A program made the translations under genes and the position numbers. A stretch of 32,000 nt of DNA, taken from NCBI RefSeq assembly GCF_007625075.1, contig NZ_QMIE01000003.1:11326-43325 (forward strand), given 5' to 3'. The notes under the pieces were generated by a model. It worked only from the letters and a program-made list of their open reading frames with translations, was not told the DNA's origin and made no database searches. Positions 11,871 to 20,635 of the stretch are shown here, in pieces (the first letter of the stretch is position 1; each line of letters starts with the position of its first letter). Source of the DNA: Oceanidesulfovibrio indonesiensis. GTDB lineage: Bacteria; Desulfobacterota; Desulfovibrionia; Desulfovibrionales; Desulfovibrionaceae.

Positions 11871-12730
11871 CCAACCAGCAACGCGGGCAGGAGTTCCTGG
11901 AAGAACTCAGCGACGTCAAGCAGGATCTGCCCTACTCGCTCTCGCTGCTGCGCGACCTCTTCGGCATGACAGGCGAGTCCTCCCGCGCGTCCATGGACGA
12001 GATTGCCCAGACCATCGCCCATGACCAGGGGCTCACCACCAAAATACTCGCCCTGGCCAATTCCGCATTCTACGGGCTACAGGCCAAAGTAAGCTCGGTT
12101 TCGCGCGCCATCACCCTGCTCGGGCTCAAGGAAATCCGGAATCTCGTACTCATCCTCGGCGCCCAGGCAGTGACCGTGCGTCACTCCCTGCCGGACTCCT
12201 TCCGCCTCGGCCCGTACTGGAAACATCAGCTCAGCGTGGGCGTCATCGCCAGAACCATCGCGGAGAAGCGCGGCTCCCACGACCCGGACATTCTCTTCAC
12301 CGCCGGGCTGCTCCACGATTTCGGCAAGCTGCTCACCGCCTTGCACCGGCCGCAGGACTGGCTCGCCATCAGGGCCGTCGTCGCCAACCGGGGCCTGCAG
12401 CACAACCAGGCCGAAGAACTGCACTGGGGACTTGAGCACGGCCTGGTCGGCGCAATGACACTCAATTCCTGGAACCTGCCCCAGGAGCTGACGGAACCCC
12501 TGAACTGGCACCACAGCCCGGCCCTGGCTGGTGATTTTCGCGACGACGCCTCGGTCATCTGCCTGGCCGACGCCATGCACCACAAGATTGAGGACCCACA
12601 ATCCGTCCTCATCCATCCAGCCGGAGAAGTGCTTGCCGACTGGGGATGGGAAACCGACGAGCTGGTCGCCGAATGCGGCGACGCGCTGGACGACGACTCC
12701 ATAGACCAGCTCGCGGCAGCACTCCTCTGA
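11867..12730 (+). CDS. HDOD domain-containing protein
   Basis: LPYSLSLLRDLF...HDQGLTTKILALANSAFYGLQAKVSSVSRAITLLGLKEIRNLVL; ATGA overlap with TPR gene. Confidence 0.9.
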   Translation: MTNQQRGQEFLEELSDVKQDLPYSLSLLRDLFGMTGESSRASMDEIAQTIAHDQGLTTKILALANSAFYGLQAKVSSVSRAITLLGLKEIRNLVLILGAQAVTVRHSLPDSFRLGPYWKHQLSVGVIARTIAEKRGSHDPDILFTAGLLHDFGKLLTALHRPQDWLAIRAVVANRGLQHNQAEELHWGLEHGLVGAMTLNSWNLPQELTEPLNWHHSPALAGDFRDDASVICLADAMHHKIEDPQSVLIHPAGEVLADWGWETDELVAECGDALDDDSIDQLAAALL

Positions 12731-12775
12731 CAACCGTCGCCGGTTTTGGGCCGGCAGCTTCGGGATTTAATACCA

Positions 12776-14521
12776 ATGCGTTGGACTTATCGCACGCCGC
12801 CCGCCGAACCAAATGGCGATTGCTACACACCCGCGCCGCAGGATATCCTCGAGCGCTCCGAACCGCTCCAGGTCTCACCCATCGTCACGGAACTCCTCTG
12901 GAGGCGCGGAATAGAAGCCCTGCCCGAGATGGACGCCTACCTCTCTCCGGGGCTGCGCCACCTCGTCAGCCCGGCTGACTGGCCCGCTCTGGACAAGGCA
13001 GCGTCCATGGTTGCGCAAGCCGCACAGCAGGAACGGACCATCGCCGTGTGGGGCGACTACGACGTGGACGGCGTCACCGCATCCGCCATCCTCATCGACT
13101 ACTTCGACCGTCGCGGAATCGCCGTATTGCACCACCTTCCCGCGCGGCAGGAAGAAGGCTACGGCGTGAACAAGGAGGGCATCGAGCAACTGGCCGCCCA
13201 GGGCGCGAAGCTCCTCATCACCGTGGACTGCGGAATTTCGGATTACGAGGCCGTCTCCCGAGCCCGCGAACTGGGCATGGATGTCGTGGTCACGGACCAC
13301 CACCTCCCACCGCCCGAGCTCCCTCCGGCCAACGCCATACTGAACCCGCGCCTGGAGCCCATCCCCTGTCCCACCCTGGCCAACCTTGCAGGCGCCGGCG
13401 TGGCGTTCTTCCTCATCGCCGCGGTCAACAGCATGCTCGGCCCGGACACCGACGGCGCCAATACCGACGTGCGCTCGTTGCTGGACCTGGTGGCGCTGGG
13501 CACCCTGGCCGACGTGGTGGATCTGAAGGGTCAGAACAGAATCCTGGCCAAGAACGGCCTGCTCCTTGTGGCGGAAGCCCCCCGTCCCGGCATCGCCGCG
13601 CTCAAGGAAGCTGCCGGCTTCGCACGCAAGGCCGCGCTCGGTGCGGGTCAGGTCGTTTTCGGCCTCACCCCGCGCATTAACGCGGCTGGCCGCATGGGTC
13701 TGGCCGAGGATGCGCTCCAAATGCTTCTGGCCCAGGATTTCGACGCGGCGTGGCCTTTGGCCCAAAAGCTGGAAATCCTGAACAAGGAACGCCGGGCCGA
13801 GGAAGATCGTATCCTCCAGGAAGCACTGACCCAGGCGGAAACGCAGGCGGACCGTCTCGGCCTCGTGCTTTTCGGCGAAGACTGGCACCCGGGCGTAGTG
13901 GGCATCGTGGCATCGCGCATTGTGGAGCGGCTCGCCAAACCGGCCCTGGTGCTCTGCGCCGAGAACGGACAGCTCAAGGGCTCGGGACGCTCGGCCCACC
14001 ACTTCGACCTCCATGCTGCTCTTACTGCATGCAAGGATCTGCTCACCCGCTTCGGAGGGCACAAACAAGCCGCCGGTCTGGCGCTGGACTCAGATAATAT
14101 CGAAAAATTGCGCGATTCGTTCCATGCCGTCGTGCTCGAACAACTCGGTCCGGAGCCGCTGGCGCACTCGCTCACCGTGGACCGGCCGCTGGCCTTCTCC
14201 GAGATCGACTTCACCCTGCTCAAAGAGCTGGACCTGCTCCAGCCCTACGGCATGGGCAACCCGGAACCGGTCTTCGTTTCAAACCCCGTTGAGGTGCGCG
14301 GCCTCAGGCGGTTCGGCAAGGACCGCGTGCACGCCTCTCTCGAACTCCTGGACAAGAGCGCCCGCGCCCAGTTGCGCGGCAAATTCTGGCGCAAGGGCAA
14401 GGAACTGCCGGACACCATCAAAGGCTCCATGGTCCGCGTTGCATTCACGCCCAAAATCGACCGCTTCGACGGCGTGCCCAAGATCGAGCTTCAGATCAAG
14501 GACATCCAACCCGCCGATTAG
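12776..14521 (+). CDS. recJ: Single-stranded-DNA-specific exonuclease RecJ
   Basis: DHH motifs VWGDYDVDGVTASAIL, LLITVDCGISDYEAV, VVVTDHHLPP, DLVALGTLADVVDL; ATG at 12776 (MRWTYRTPP). Confidence 0.96.
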   Translation: MRWTYRTPPAEPNGDCYTPAPQDILERSEPLQVSPIVTELLWRRGIEALPEMDAYLSPGLRHLVSPADWPALDKAASMVAQAAQQERTIAVWGDYDVDGVTASAILIDYFDRRGIAVLHHLPARQEEGYGVNKEGIEQLAAQGAKLLITVDCGISDYEAVSRARELGMDVVVTDHHLPPPELPPANAILNPRLEPIPCPTLANLAGAGVAFFLIAAVNSMLGPDTDGANTDVRSLLDLVALGTLADVVDLKGQNRILAKNGLLLVAEAPRPGIAALKEAAGFARKAALGAGQVVFGLTPRINAAGRMGLAEDALQMLLAQDFDAAWPLAQKLEILNKERRAEEDRILQEALTQAETQADRLGLVLFGEDWHPGVVGIVASRIVERLAKPALVLCAENGQLKGSGRSAHHFDLHAALTACKDLLTRFGGHKQAAGLALDSDNIEKLRDSFHAVVLEQLGPEPLAHSLTVDRPLAFSEIDFTLLKELDLLQPYGMGNPEPVFVSNPVEVRGLRRFGKDRVHASLELLDKSARAQLRGKFWRKGKELPDTIKGSMVRVAFTPKIDRFDGVPKIELQIKDIQPAD

Positions 14522-14644
14522 CCTTTGCATCTCATCGAGAGGCTTTGGCTTCGCCTTCCCCGCCGGGGAGCTATGCTTACGGCGCCATATTGAAGTCAGG
14601 GGATCAATGCCCCGGCCCCCCCGAAAATGAGACAGGGATCTTTC

Positions 14645-15430
14645 CTAAATCTTTTCGGCCCGATAACTGCTGCGGACGTGCGGACCGCAGAACATGTGCG
14701 GGATGCCGTGGTGCGTTCCGCAGGCGGCGTATTCGTCGAAATGCGCGGGCGGAACATAGCGGTCCGGTTCGGGGTGACGTCGCGACGGCGCGAGGTATTG
14801 CCCCACGGTGACCATGGAACACCCTGCCTCGGCCAGATCGCGGATCACGGCGTTGACTTCGGTATCGGTCTCGCCAAGGCCGACCATGAGTCCACTCTTT
14901 GCAGGCACTCCGGCTGAAGCCACGCGGGAAAGCAGTGTGAGGGACTGACGGTAGTCGGCCTGGGGCCGGATCTCGGGATAGCGACGCGGCACGGTCTCCA
15001 CGTTATGGTTCACCACGTCGGGGCCGGCGTTTTGCTTGAGGGCTCGGATAGCGGCGGCGAAGTGGCCGGCGCCGCCGTCGGTCAGGTCGTCACGTGTCAC
15101 GGAGGTGACGACCACATGGCGCAGGCCGAGCTCGCGCGCCGCCTCGGCCAGGCGGCGCGGTTCGTCCGGGTCCACAGGGGATGGCTGGCCGGGATCGATA
15201 TTGCAGAACGCGCAGTTGCGGGAGCAGATCGCGCCAAGGATCATGAACGTGGCGACCTTGCGGGAGAAGCACTCGAAGATGTTCGGGCAGCGCGCGCTCT
15301 GGCAGACCGTGTGCAGCCCGCGCGATGCGAGCAGCCGGCCCGTCTCGGCGAACATCTTATCCTTGGGCAGCTTCACCCGCAGCCACGGGGGCAGCCGCTT
15401 GGTTCTTTCGGAAGGCTTGGACAAAGGCAT
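14645..15430 (-). CDS. lipA: Lipoyl synthase
   Basis: RLPPWLRVKLP; CQSARCPNIFECF; FMILGAICSRNCAFCNI; SGLMVGLGET; MVTVGQYLAPSRRHPEPDRY; ATG at complement 15428-15430. Confidence 0.97.
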   Translation of the reverse strand: MPLSKPSERTKRLPPWLRVKLPKDKMFAETGRLLASRGLHTVCQSARCPNIFECFSRKVATFMILGAICSRNCAFCNIDPGQPSPVDPDEPRRLAEAARELGLRHVVVTSVTRDDLTDGGAGHFAAAIRALKQNAGPDVVNHNVETVPRRYPEIRPQADYRQSLTLLSRVASAGVPAKSGLMVGLGETDTEVNAVIRDLAEAGCSMVTVGQYLAPSRRHPEPDRYVPPAHFDEYAACGTHHGIPHMFCGPHVRSSYRAEKI

Positions 15431-16046
15431 GTTTGGCAGTCTCCATGGGTATGGGCTCAGGGTACGCCCGGCCGGACGCTTCCGCAACGTGTCGGCGTTC
15501 AAAGTCCAGGGAGGTGGCCCGAGCGCTGGCCACGCCGCAGGGCACAATCCACTCGAACGGTCCCAGATCCTCTCCGACGTTGAGGGCGAGTCCGTGGTAG
15601 CTGACCCAGCGCCGCACGCCGAGGCCGATGGAGGCGATCTTGCCCGTTTCTGTCCACACGCCGGGGAAACCATCGCGGCGATGGGTCCGCACGCCGAACG
15701 CGGCGCACACATCCATGGCGCATTGCTCCAGCAGTTGCACGAACGAACGAACGCCGCCGGGCCTTTTGGCGAGCCGGAAAATGACGTACGCCACGAGTTG
15801 ACCCGGAAAATGGCAGGTCACGTCGCCGCCGCGCTCGGTCTTGCGCAGGGCCACGCCATTGGCGACGAGAAATTCTTCCGAAACCATGAGTCCTTTCGCT
15901 CTGCCGGAGCGCCCGACAGTGACCACGGGCTCGTGTTCCAGAAGGAATAACGTCTCCTCGGCGCCAGCCTCCACGTCCGCGCGTCGTTGCAGCTGGACAT
16001 GGTGGGCGGCGTCGTAGTCGATTCGTCCAAGATCCTGGACAATCAC
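15357..16046 (-). CDS. lipB: Lipoyl(octanoyl) transferase
   Basis: LLEHEPVVTVGRSG, TERGGDVTCHFPGQLVAYVIF, GVWTETGKIASIGLGVRRWVSYHGLALNV; GTG start at 16046 two nt after the upstream TAA. Confidence 0.96.
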   Translation of the reverse strand: MIVQDLGRIDYDAAHHVQLQRRADVEAGAEETLFLLEHEPVVTVGRSGRAKGLMVSEEFLVANGVALRKTERGGDVTCHFPGQLVAYVIFRLAKRPGGVRSFVQLLEQCAMDVCAAFGVRTHRRDGFPGVWTETGKIASIGLGVRRWVSYHGLALNVGEDLGPFEWIVPCGVASARATSLDFERRHVAEASGRAYPEPIPMETAKHAFVQAFRKNQAAAPVAAGEAAQG

Positions 16047-16048
16047 AC

Positions 16049-17248
16049 TTACTCTCCGAGGAAAACGACGGGAGCTCCGGATTTGGGGTCGCGCTCCGGT
16101 CCGCTGGGCGGCTCCACGAGAACATGCGAACCTTGCATTGGCAACTCGCTGCGTTTTGCCGAGCGCAGGAGCACGAGTCCGCGCGGCGAACACGCATACG
16201 CGCCGAAATCGCTGCGCGCTCCGTCCTCTCCAAGTGAAAAAGCGTTGGAAAGGACCCGCGCCTCCATGTCCTTGTCCTTGTGCGGTCCGACCTCGCCGCC
16301 GGCGAGCAGAACAAAACTCAGGGACACATCCTCCCTGCCGAAGCCGGCGTCCTTGGTGAGCTTTTCCAGCCAAGCGGGCGCGCCGGTAGCCGCAGCCTTG
16401 AAGTGGCACCACGCCTGTCCACGTCCGCGGGCGGCGAGTACGGAGCACGGAAAAAGATCGCCGGAAACGGCGTGCGAGGCCGGCGCCGGGCACGGCGCGA
16501 TGGGCACGAAGCCGCGTTCCTGGGCCGTTTCCCGGGCATGGGAAACCATGGTTCCCCCCAAACGCGTTCCGGGTTCAACAAGCAGTGCATTCGCGGCGCG
16601 GTCCAGCATAGGCCCCAGCCGGCCAGCCACGGCGCCGCCCGGGGAGTCGTCCCGGGAGGTGGAAAATTCGTTCAGCAGGTTCGCGGCCACGAGCATGTCA
16701 AACCGCTTGGGCAGATCGCGCACGCCGCCAGGGGCCGGTTTCTGCACCAGACGCACCTTCCAGGCGGCGCGGCCGCCGGCCATGTCGTCCAGCAGGTCCC
16801 GCCCTATCTTCATGGCCTTGCCCGCCAAGTCCATGCAGTTCACGGACCAAGGGGATTCCCGCCGTTCGGGCAAAGCCAGCCAGAGGGCCTGCACTGTGGT
16901 GAGCGGACCGCTGCCAGCGTCTACAATTGTGGACTCTTCAGGAAGCATGCCGAGTAGCGGTTCGCGCAGGCCGGTGAACAACCGTGTGAGCCGATACAGA
17001 TTCCAGGGGAGAAAATAGTACAGGTACGCGCCGAGCAACGCCGGGTCGCGCAGGTAGTCGGCCTGCCGTTCGCTGCGCTCGCTGGTGAGGGCGCGGGACA
17101 GACGCCCAATGGCGTCCGGCAAGGCGGCGCGGTGTTTGCGCTTGAGCGGATATGCGCGGTCAAGCAGCTCGGGATAGCGTTCCAGATAGGCCGCAGCCTC
17201 GTCCGGAAGAGGCGGGAGGAGCGTTTGAATCGGATGAATCTCTGTCAT
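16049..17248 (-). CDS. Rsm22/METTL17-like small ribosomal subunit methyltransferase family protein
   Basis: TIVDAGSGPLTTVQALWLALPE SAM-binding-like motif, ANLLNEF, cysteines in PCPAPASHAVSGDLFPC...WCHFK resembling the CP.C/WCHF cysteine region of Rsm22-type proteins; ATG at complement 17246-17248. Confidence 0.8.
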   Translation of the reverse strand: MTEIHPIQTLLPPLPDEAAAYLERYPELLDRAYPLKRKHRAALPDAIGRLSRALTSERSERQADYLRDPALLGAYLYYFLPWNLYRLTRLFTGLREPLLGMLPEESTIVDAGSGPLTTVQALWLALPERRESPWSVNCMDLAGKAMKIGRDLLDDMAGGRAAWKVRLVQKPAPGGVRDLPKRFDMLVAANLLNEFSTSRDDSPGGAVAGRLGPMLDRAANALLVEPGTRLGGTMVSHARETAQERGFVPIAPCPAPASHAVSGDLFPCSVLAARGRGQAWCHFKAAATGAPAWLEKLTKDAGFGREDVSLSFVLLAGGEVGPHKDKDMEARVLSNAFSLGEDGARSDFGAYACSPRGLVLLRSAKRSELPMQGSHVLVEPPSGPERDPKSGAPVVFLGE

Positions 17249-17329
17249 GAATACTTCACTGCCTCCGGCGTCCAGGGAGGCATAACTCCCTGGCAGGGGT
17301 GCGGGGGACAGCGTCCCCAATAAATGGAA

Positions 17330-18949
17330 TCATCGCGCCAAGGCGTGGTCAAAGGTCATGGCAGCGGCAAAGGCGGCATGGAAATCGTGCTCGGCAGCAA
17401 GATCGATAACCACAGCGGCTTTGGCGAGGTCTGCCAGCAGCGTGCGGAAGGATGTTTCATAACACAAGAGCTTCGCACCCTCCAGGGCCAGATTTCCGGC
17501 CGCATGCAGTCGTGGACCCAGCCCCCGCGGCACGAAGCCCAGACCCTCCAGATCGTCGGGACGCACATGCGCTCCCAACGATCCGGCAAGCTGCACCGAG
17601 GCAAGGTCTCCGGGCGCAAGGCCAGCTGCGCTGAGCACTCTGTCAAACGCGACATGAAACGCGGCTTTTACCTTGAGCAACTCTTCTACGTCGCGCGGAT
17701 CGAGATGCATGGGCCGTCCATCTTCATAGACAACGGGCAGACGCAGCATCCGTCGGCCTGCGTGGATGTGCACATTGTCCAGCAACCGACGGGTCAGGGG
17801 CGATGTTGCTTCATCGGCTTTCATGAACCGGCCGTCCTGTCCCAGCACGCCGGCCCGAAGCAACGTGTGAACGAGGCTCAGGTATCCGGTGCCGGCAATG
17901 CCCGCGGCTGTCCGGAGCGGTTGGCCGTCCATGTCATAAGCTTCCAACCCGGCCGGGCCGAGCTCGAACAGCGTGACAATGCCCGGACCCGCCATTGCGC
18001 CGTGCGTAAGGCCAATGCCCTCCAACGCTGGACCGAGCGCCACGCTCGCGGCGAAAATTTGGTCCCGGCCGCCTTTTTCCCGCACCAGAATAAACTCGCC
18101 GTTGGTTCCTAGGTCTGCAAGCAGGAATGGGCGAGGCGTATCTCGTTTCAGAAGCGCCGCCAGGCCGGCCGCGGCGTCCGCGCCCACGAACGGCCCGATC
18201 TGCGCCGGCACATAACACGCCGGCAATGCTCCGGAAAGCTGCACTGTTTCGTCGCCCGGGAAGTCGAGCCGGTATGGCGCCCTGGCCAGATCCTCTACGC
18301 TTCTGCCCAGGGCGATGGCGACCATGGCGGGATTTCCCACGAGGCTGAGACTCGCAATGCGCGTCTCCGCGCCAAGGGCTGCAGGGATAGACTTACTGAG
18401 TTCTTCCAGCCTGCCGGTCGCCAGTCCCCGGAGTTCGAGGGCTCCGTCGGGGTCGAGGGCGTAGCCGATGCGCGACATGACCTCGCTGCCGGCGCCCAGC
18501 TGGGGGTTGAGTTCGTGTCCGTAGGCCACGCATATCTCGCCCAGCATGACGGACCAGTGGAGGCTTGTGGTGCCGAGGTCCACGGCAAGACAGAGGCCTG
18601 CCTGTCCTTCCAGCTGCGCTCCGTGGAACGCCTGACGCTCAACGCGGCTTTCTTGTGGCACGTGAAGCTCGGTCCCGTCCTCCAATGTGGACGCCATGTG
18701 GCGACATGCCAGACGCCAGCCGGCCCGGATGTCATCTTCGGTCAGCAGTTCGCGTTCCGCCGTTTCCGGAACCGGTGCGTCGGTCGCGTCATCGAACCGG
18801 ACTTTGCACAGACCGCATCGGCCCAGACCGGAGCACAGCGGTCGCGGGGGCAGGAACCCGTGGGCAAAGACCTCCTGCGCCAGGGTCCGCCCGTGCCGAG
18901 GCTCCAGGATGCGGCGCGCGCCGTCGCTGCGAACAATGGTGATGGTCAT
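17330..18949 (-). CDS. Ferredoxin/ASKHA-domain protein, reductive activator of corrinoid proteins type (RamA/RACE-like, DUF4445)
   Basis: N-terminal 2Fe-2S motif PLCSGLGRCGLCKVRF...C; then LCLAVDLGTTSLHWSVM, GSEVMSRIGYA, GPFVGADAAAGLAALL, FLLADLGTNGEF, LAGSLGAHV. Confidence 0.85.
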   Translation of the reverse strand: MTITIVRSDGARRILEPRHGRTLAQEVFAHGFLPPRPLCSGLGRCGLCKVRFDDATDAPVPETAERELLTEDDIRAGWRLACRHMASTLEDGTELHVPQESRVERQAFHGAQLEGQAGLCLAVDLGTTSLHWSVMLGEICVAYGHELNPQLGAGSEVMSRIGYALDPDGALELRGLATGRLEELSKSIPAALGAETRIASLSLVGNPAMVAIALGRSVEDLARAPYRLDFPGDETVQLSGALPACYVPAQIGPFVGADAAAGLAALLKRDTPRPFLLADLGTNGEFILVREKGGRDQIFAASVALGPALEGIGLTHGAMAGPGIVTLFELGPAGLEAYDMDGQPLRTAAGIAGTGYLSLVHTLLRAGVLGQDGRFMKADEATSPLTRRLLDNVHIHAGRRMLRLPVVYEDGRPMHLDPRDVEELLKVKAAFHVAFDRVLSAAGLAPGDLASVQLAGSLGAHVRPDDLEGLGFVPRGLGPRLHAAGNLALEGAKLLCYETSFRTLLADLAKAAVVIDLAAEHDFHAAFAAAMTFDHALAR

Positions 18950-18955
18950 TTCCCT

Positions 18956-19828
18956 CTACCCCACAACGGCCACAATAGCTGCTCCCAGGGCCATGAACCC
19001 TGCTCCGACGAGCCTGCGCGTCATGTTGCTTTCCTTGAACATGACTCCTCCGTACATCACGCCAATCAATCCGTTCAAGCGTTTCACTGCGATCATGTAG
19101 GCAGCGTAGGTCAACGAAATGGCGAAAAAGTGGCAGATGATATGGAAGAACATCATGACGCCGATGAGCAGGCCTGCCGCCGGGCGCTCCAGAAGCGCGG
19201 CCGGCGTGATTCTCCCGGCGAAAAAGAGTGCGGCGAGAACGGCCGCGTTGTGTACGCTGAAGAACATCATGCCTGCGAACAACGGATCGGACCGCAGGAG
19301 AAGGCTCTTGCCCAACACCGCGGCGAATGCGAACACCAGCGACGCTCCGAGCATGAGCCGGGACCCGGGTTCCGCCACCACGGCCTTGAGCGGGGCAAGC
19401 AGATCGCCGTTGCGTCGCGGACCGCCTGCGGTGAGGACCCAGCTGCCGAACACGATGGTCAGGATGCCGAGCATACCGAGCCAGGACGGGACTTCCCCCA
19501 GAAAGAAAAAACCGGTGGCGACCACGAACATGGGCGTGAACGCCTGGAACGGCATGGTCAGCGAGAGCGGCGAAATCTTGACTGCCCAGAATGTGAGCAG
19601 CATACCGAGTGCATTGAGCGGTACAAGGACGGCGAGCACAGGCCAGAACCCGGGCGCCAGGGCCGGCGCATCCAGAAATGCCAGAACGCCTGCGAACAAA
19701 GGCAGACTGTAGGCGCACGGGTAGGCGATTATCGCCAGCGGCGGAAGATCCCCCAGCTTGCGTTTGGCCACGGCGGCTTCGCTCGCCGAGAAGAAGGCCG
19801 TTGCAAATGCGAGGAGGAACCAGAGCAC
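18956..19828 (-). CDS. EamA/DMT family transporter
   Basis: About 10 hydrophobic helices; duplicated EamA-like architecture, e.g. LTMPFQAFTPMFVVATGFFFLGEVPSWLGMLGI. Confidence 0.85.
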   Translation of the reverse strand: MLWFLLAFATAFFSASEAAVAKRKLGDLPPLAIIAYPCAYSLPLFAGVLAFLDAPALAPGFWPVLAVLVPLNALGMLLTFWAVKISPLSLTMPFQAFTPMFVVATGFFFLGEVPSWLGMLGILTIVFGSWVLTAGGPRRNGDLLAPLKAVVAEPGSRLMLGASLVFAFAAVLGKSLLLRSDPLFAGMMFFSVHNAAVLAALFFAGRITPAALLERPAAGLLIGVMMFFHIICHFFAISLTYAAYMIAVKRLNGLIGVMYGGVMFKESNMTRRLVGAGFMALGAAIVAVVG

Positions 19829-19840
19829 AGGGTCTCCGCG

Positions 19841-20635
19841 TCAGGCCAGGAGCATCCTGTCCGACGAGAGCTTCTCCCCGCGCACGGTGTAGAATTGCTG
19901 CAAAAGGTCGTCCACTGTGAGCTTGCGCTTGTCCTCGCCTTCCAGGTCCAGAATGATCTCGCCCTGGTGGAGCATGATGAGTCGATTGCCCATGCTGAGC
20001 GCCTGGTTCATGTTGTGGGTGACCATGAGCGTGGTGAGCTTCTCGGATTCCACTATCTGCTCGGTAAGTTCGAGAATCTGCGTGGCGGTCTTGGGGTCCA
20101 GGGCCGCGGTGTGCTCGTCCAGCAGCAGCAGGTCCGGCTTGACCATGGTGGCCATGAGCATGGTGAGCGCCTGGCGCTGCCCTCCGGAGAGCAGCCCCAC
20201 CTGGTCCTTGAGCCTGTGCTCCAGACCGAGGCCGAGGTGCTGCAACTTGTCGCGGAACAGCTCGCGGTCCCTCTCCTTGACCCCAAGAGCCAGGCCGCGG
20301 CGAGTGCCCCGCCTGAGCGCCAGGGCCAGGTTCTGCTCGATGGTCAGCGAGGCGCAGGTGCCTTTGAGCGGATCCTGGAACACGCGGCCAACGAACTTGG
20401 CGCGCTTGTGCTCTGGCCATCTGGTGATGTCGTGTCCCGAGAGCACGAGTCGGCCGGAATCCGGATAAAATCCGCCGGCCACGCAGTTGAGCATGGTGGA
20501 CTTGCCCGCGCCGTTGGAGCCGATGACGGTGACGAAATCCGCGCGCTCCACGATGAGGTCCAGTTCCTTGAGCGCATGGACCTCGTTGATGGTGCCTTTG
20601 TTGAAGAATTTTGTAACCTTCTCAAGAATTAGCAC
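19841..20635 (-). CDS. ABC transporter ATP-binding protein
   Basis: Walker A GSNGAGKSTML, signature LLSGGQRQALTM, Walker B LLLLDEHTAAL. Confidence 0.95.
   Translation of the reverse strand: MLILEKVTKFFNKGTINEVHALKELDLIVERADFVTVIGSNGAGKSTMLNCVAGGFYPDSGRLVLSGHDITRWPEHKRAKFVGRVFQDPLKGTCASLTIEQNLALALRRGTRRGLALGVKERDRELFRDKLQHLGLGLEHRLKDQVGLLSGGQRQALTMLMATMVKPDLLLLDEHTAALDPKTATQILELTEQIVESEKLTTLMVTHNMNQALSMGNRLIMLHQGEIILDLEGEDKRKLTVDDLLQQFYTVRGEKLSSDRMLLA

Noticed and set aside
12740-12757. gccgg-ttttggg-ccggc hairpin between HDOD and recJ genes as a terminator
   Set aside because: Five-bp stem without a following T tract.
18515-20632. 705-aa plus-strand ORF antisense to the ASKHA, EamA and ABC ATPase genes
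   Set aside because: Low-complexity His/Gln/Arg/Glu-rich translation with no recognisable domain, antisense to three well-supported genes; typical shadow ORF in high-GC DNA.
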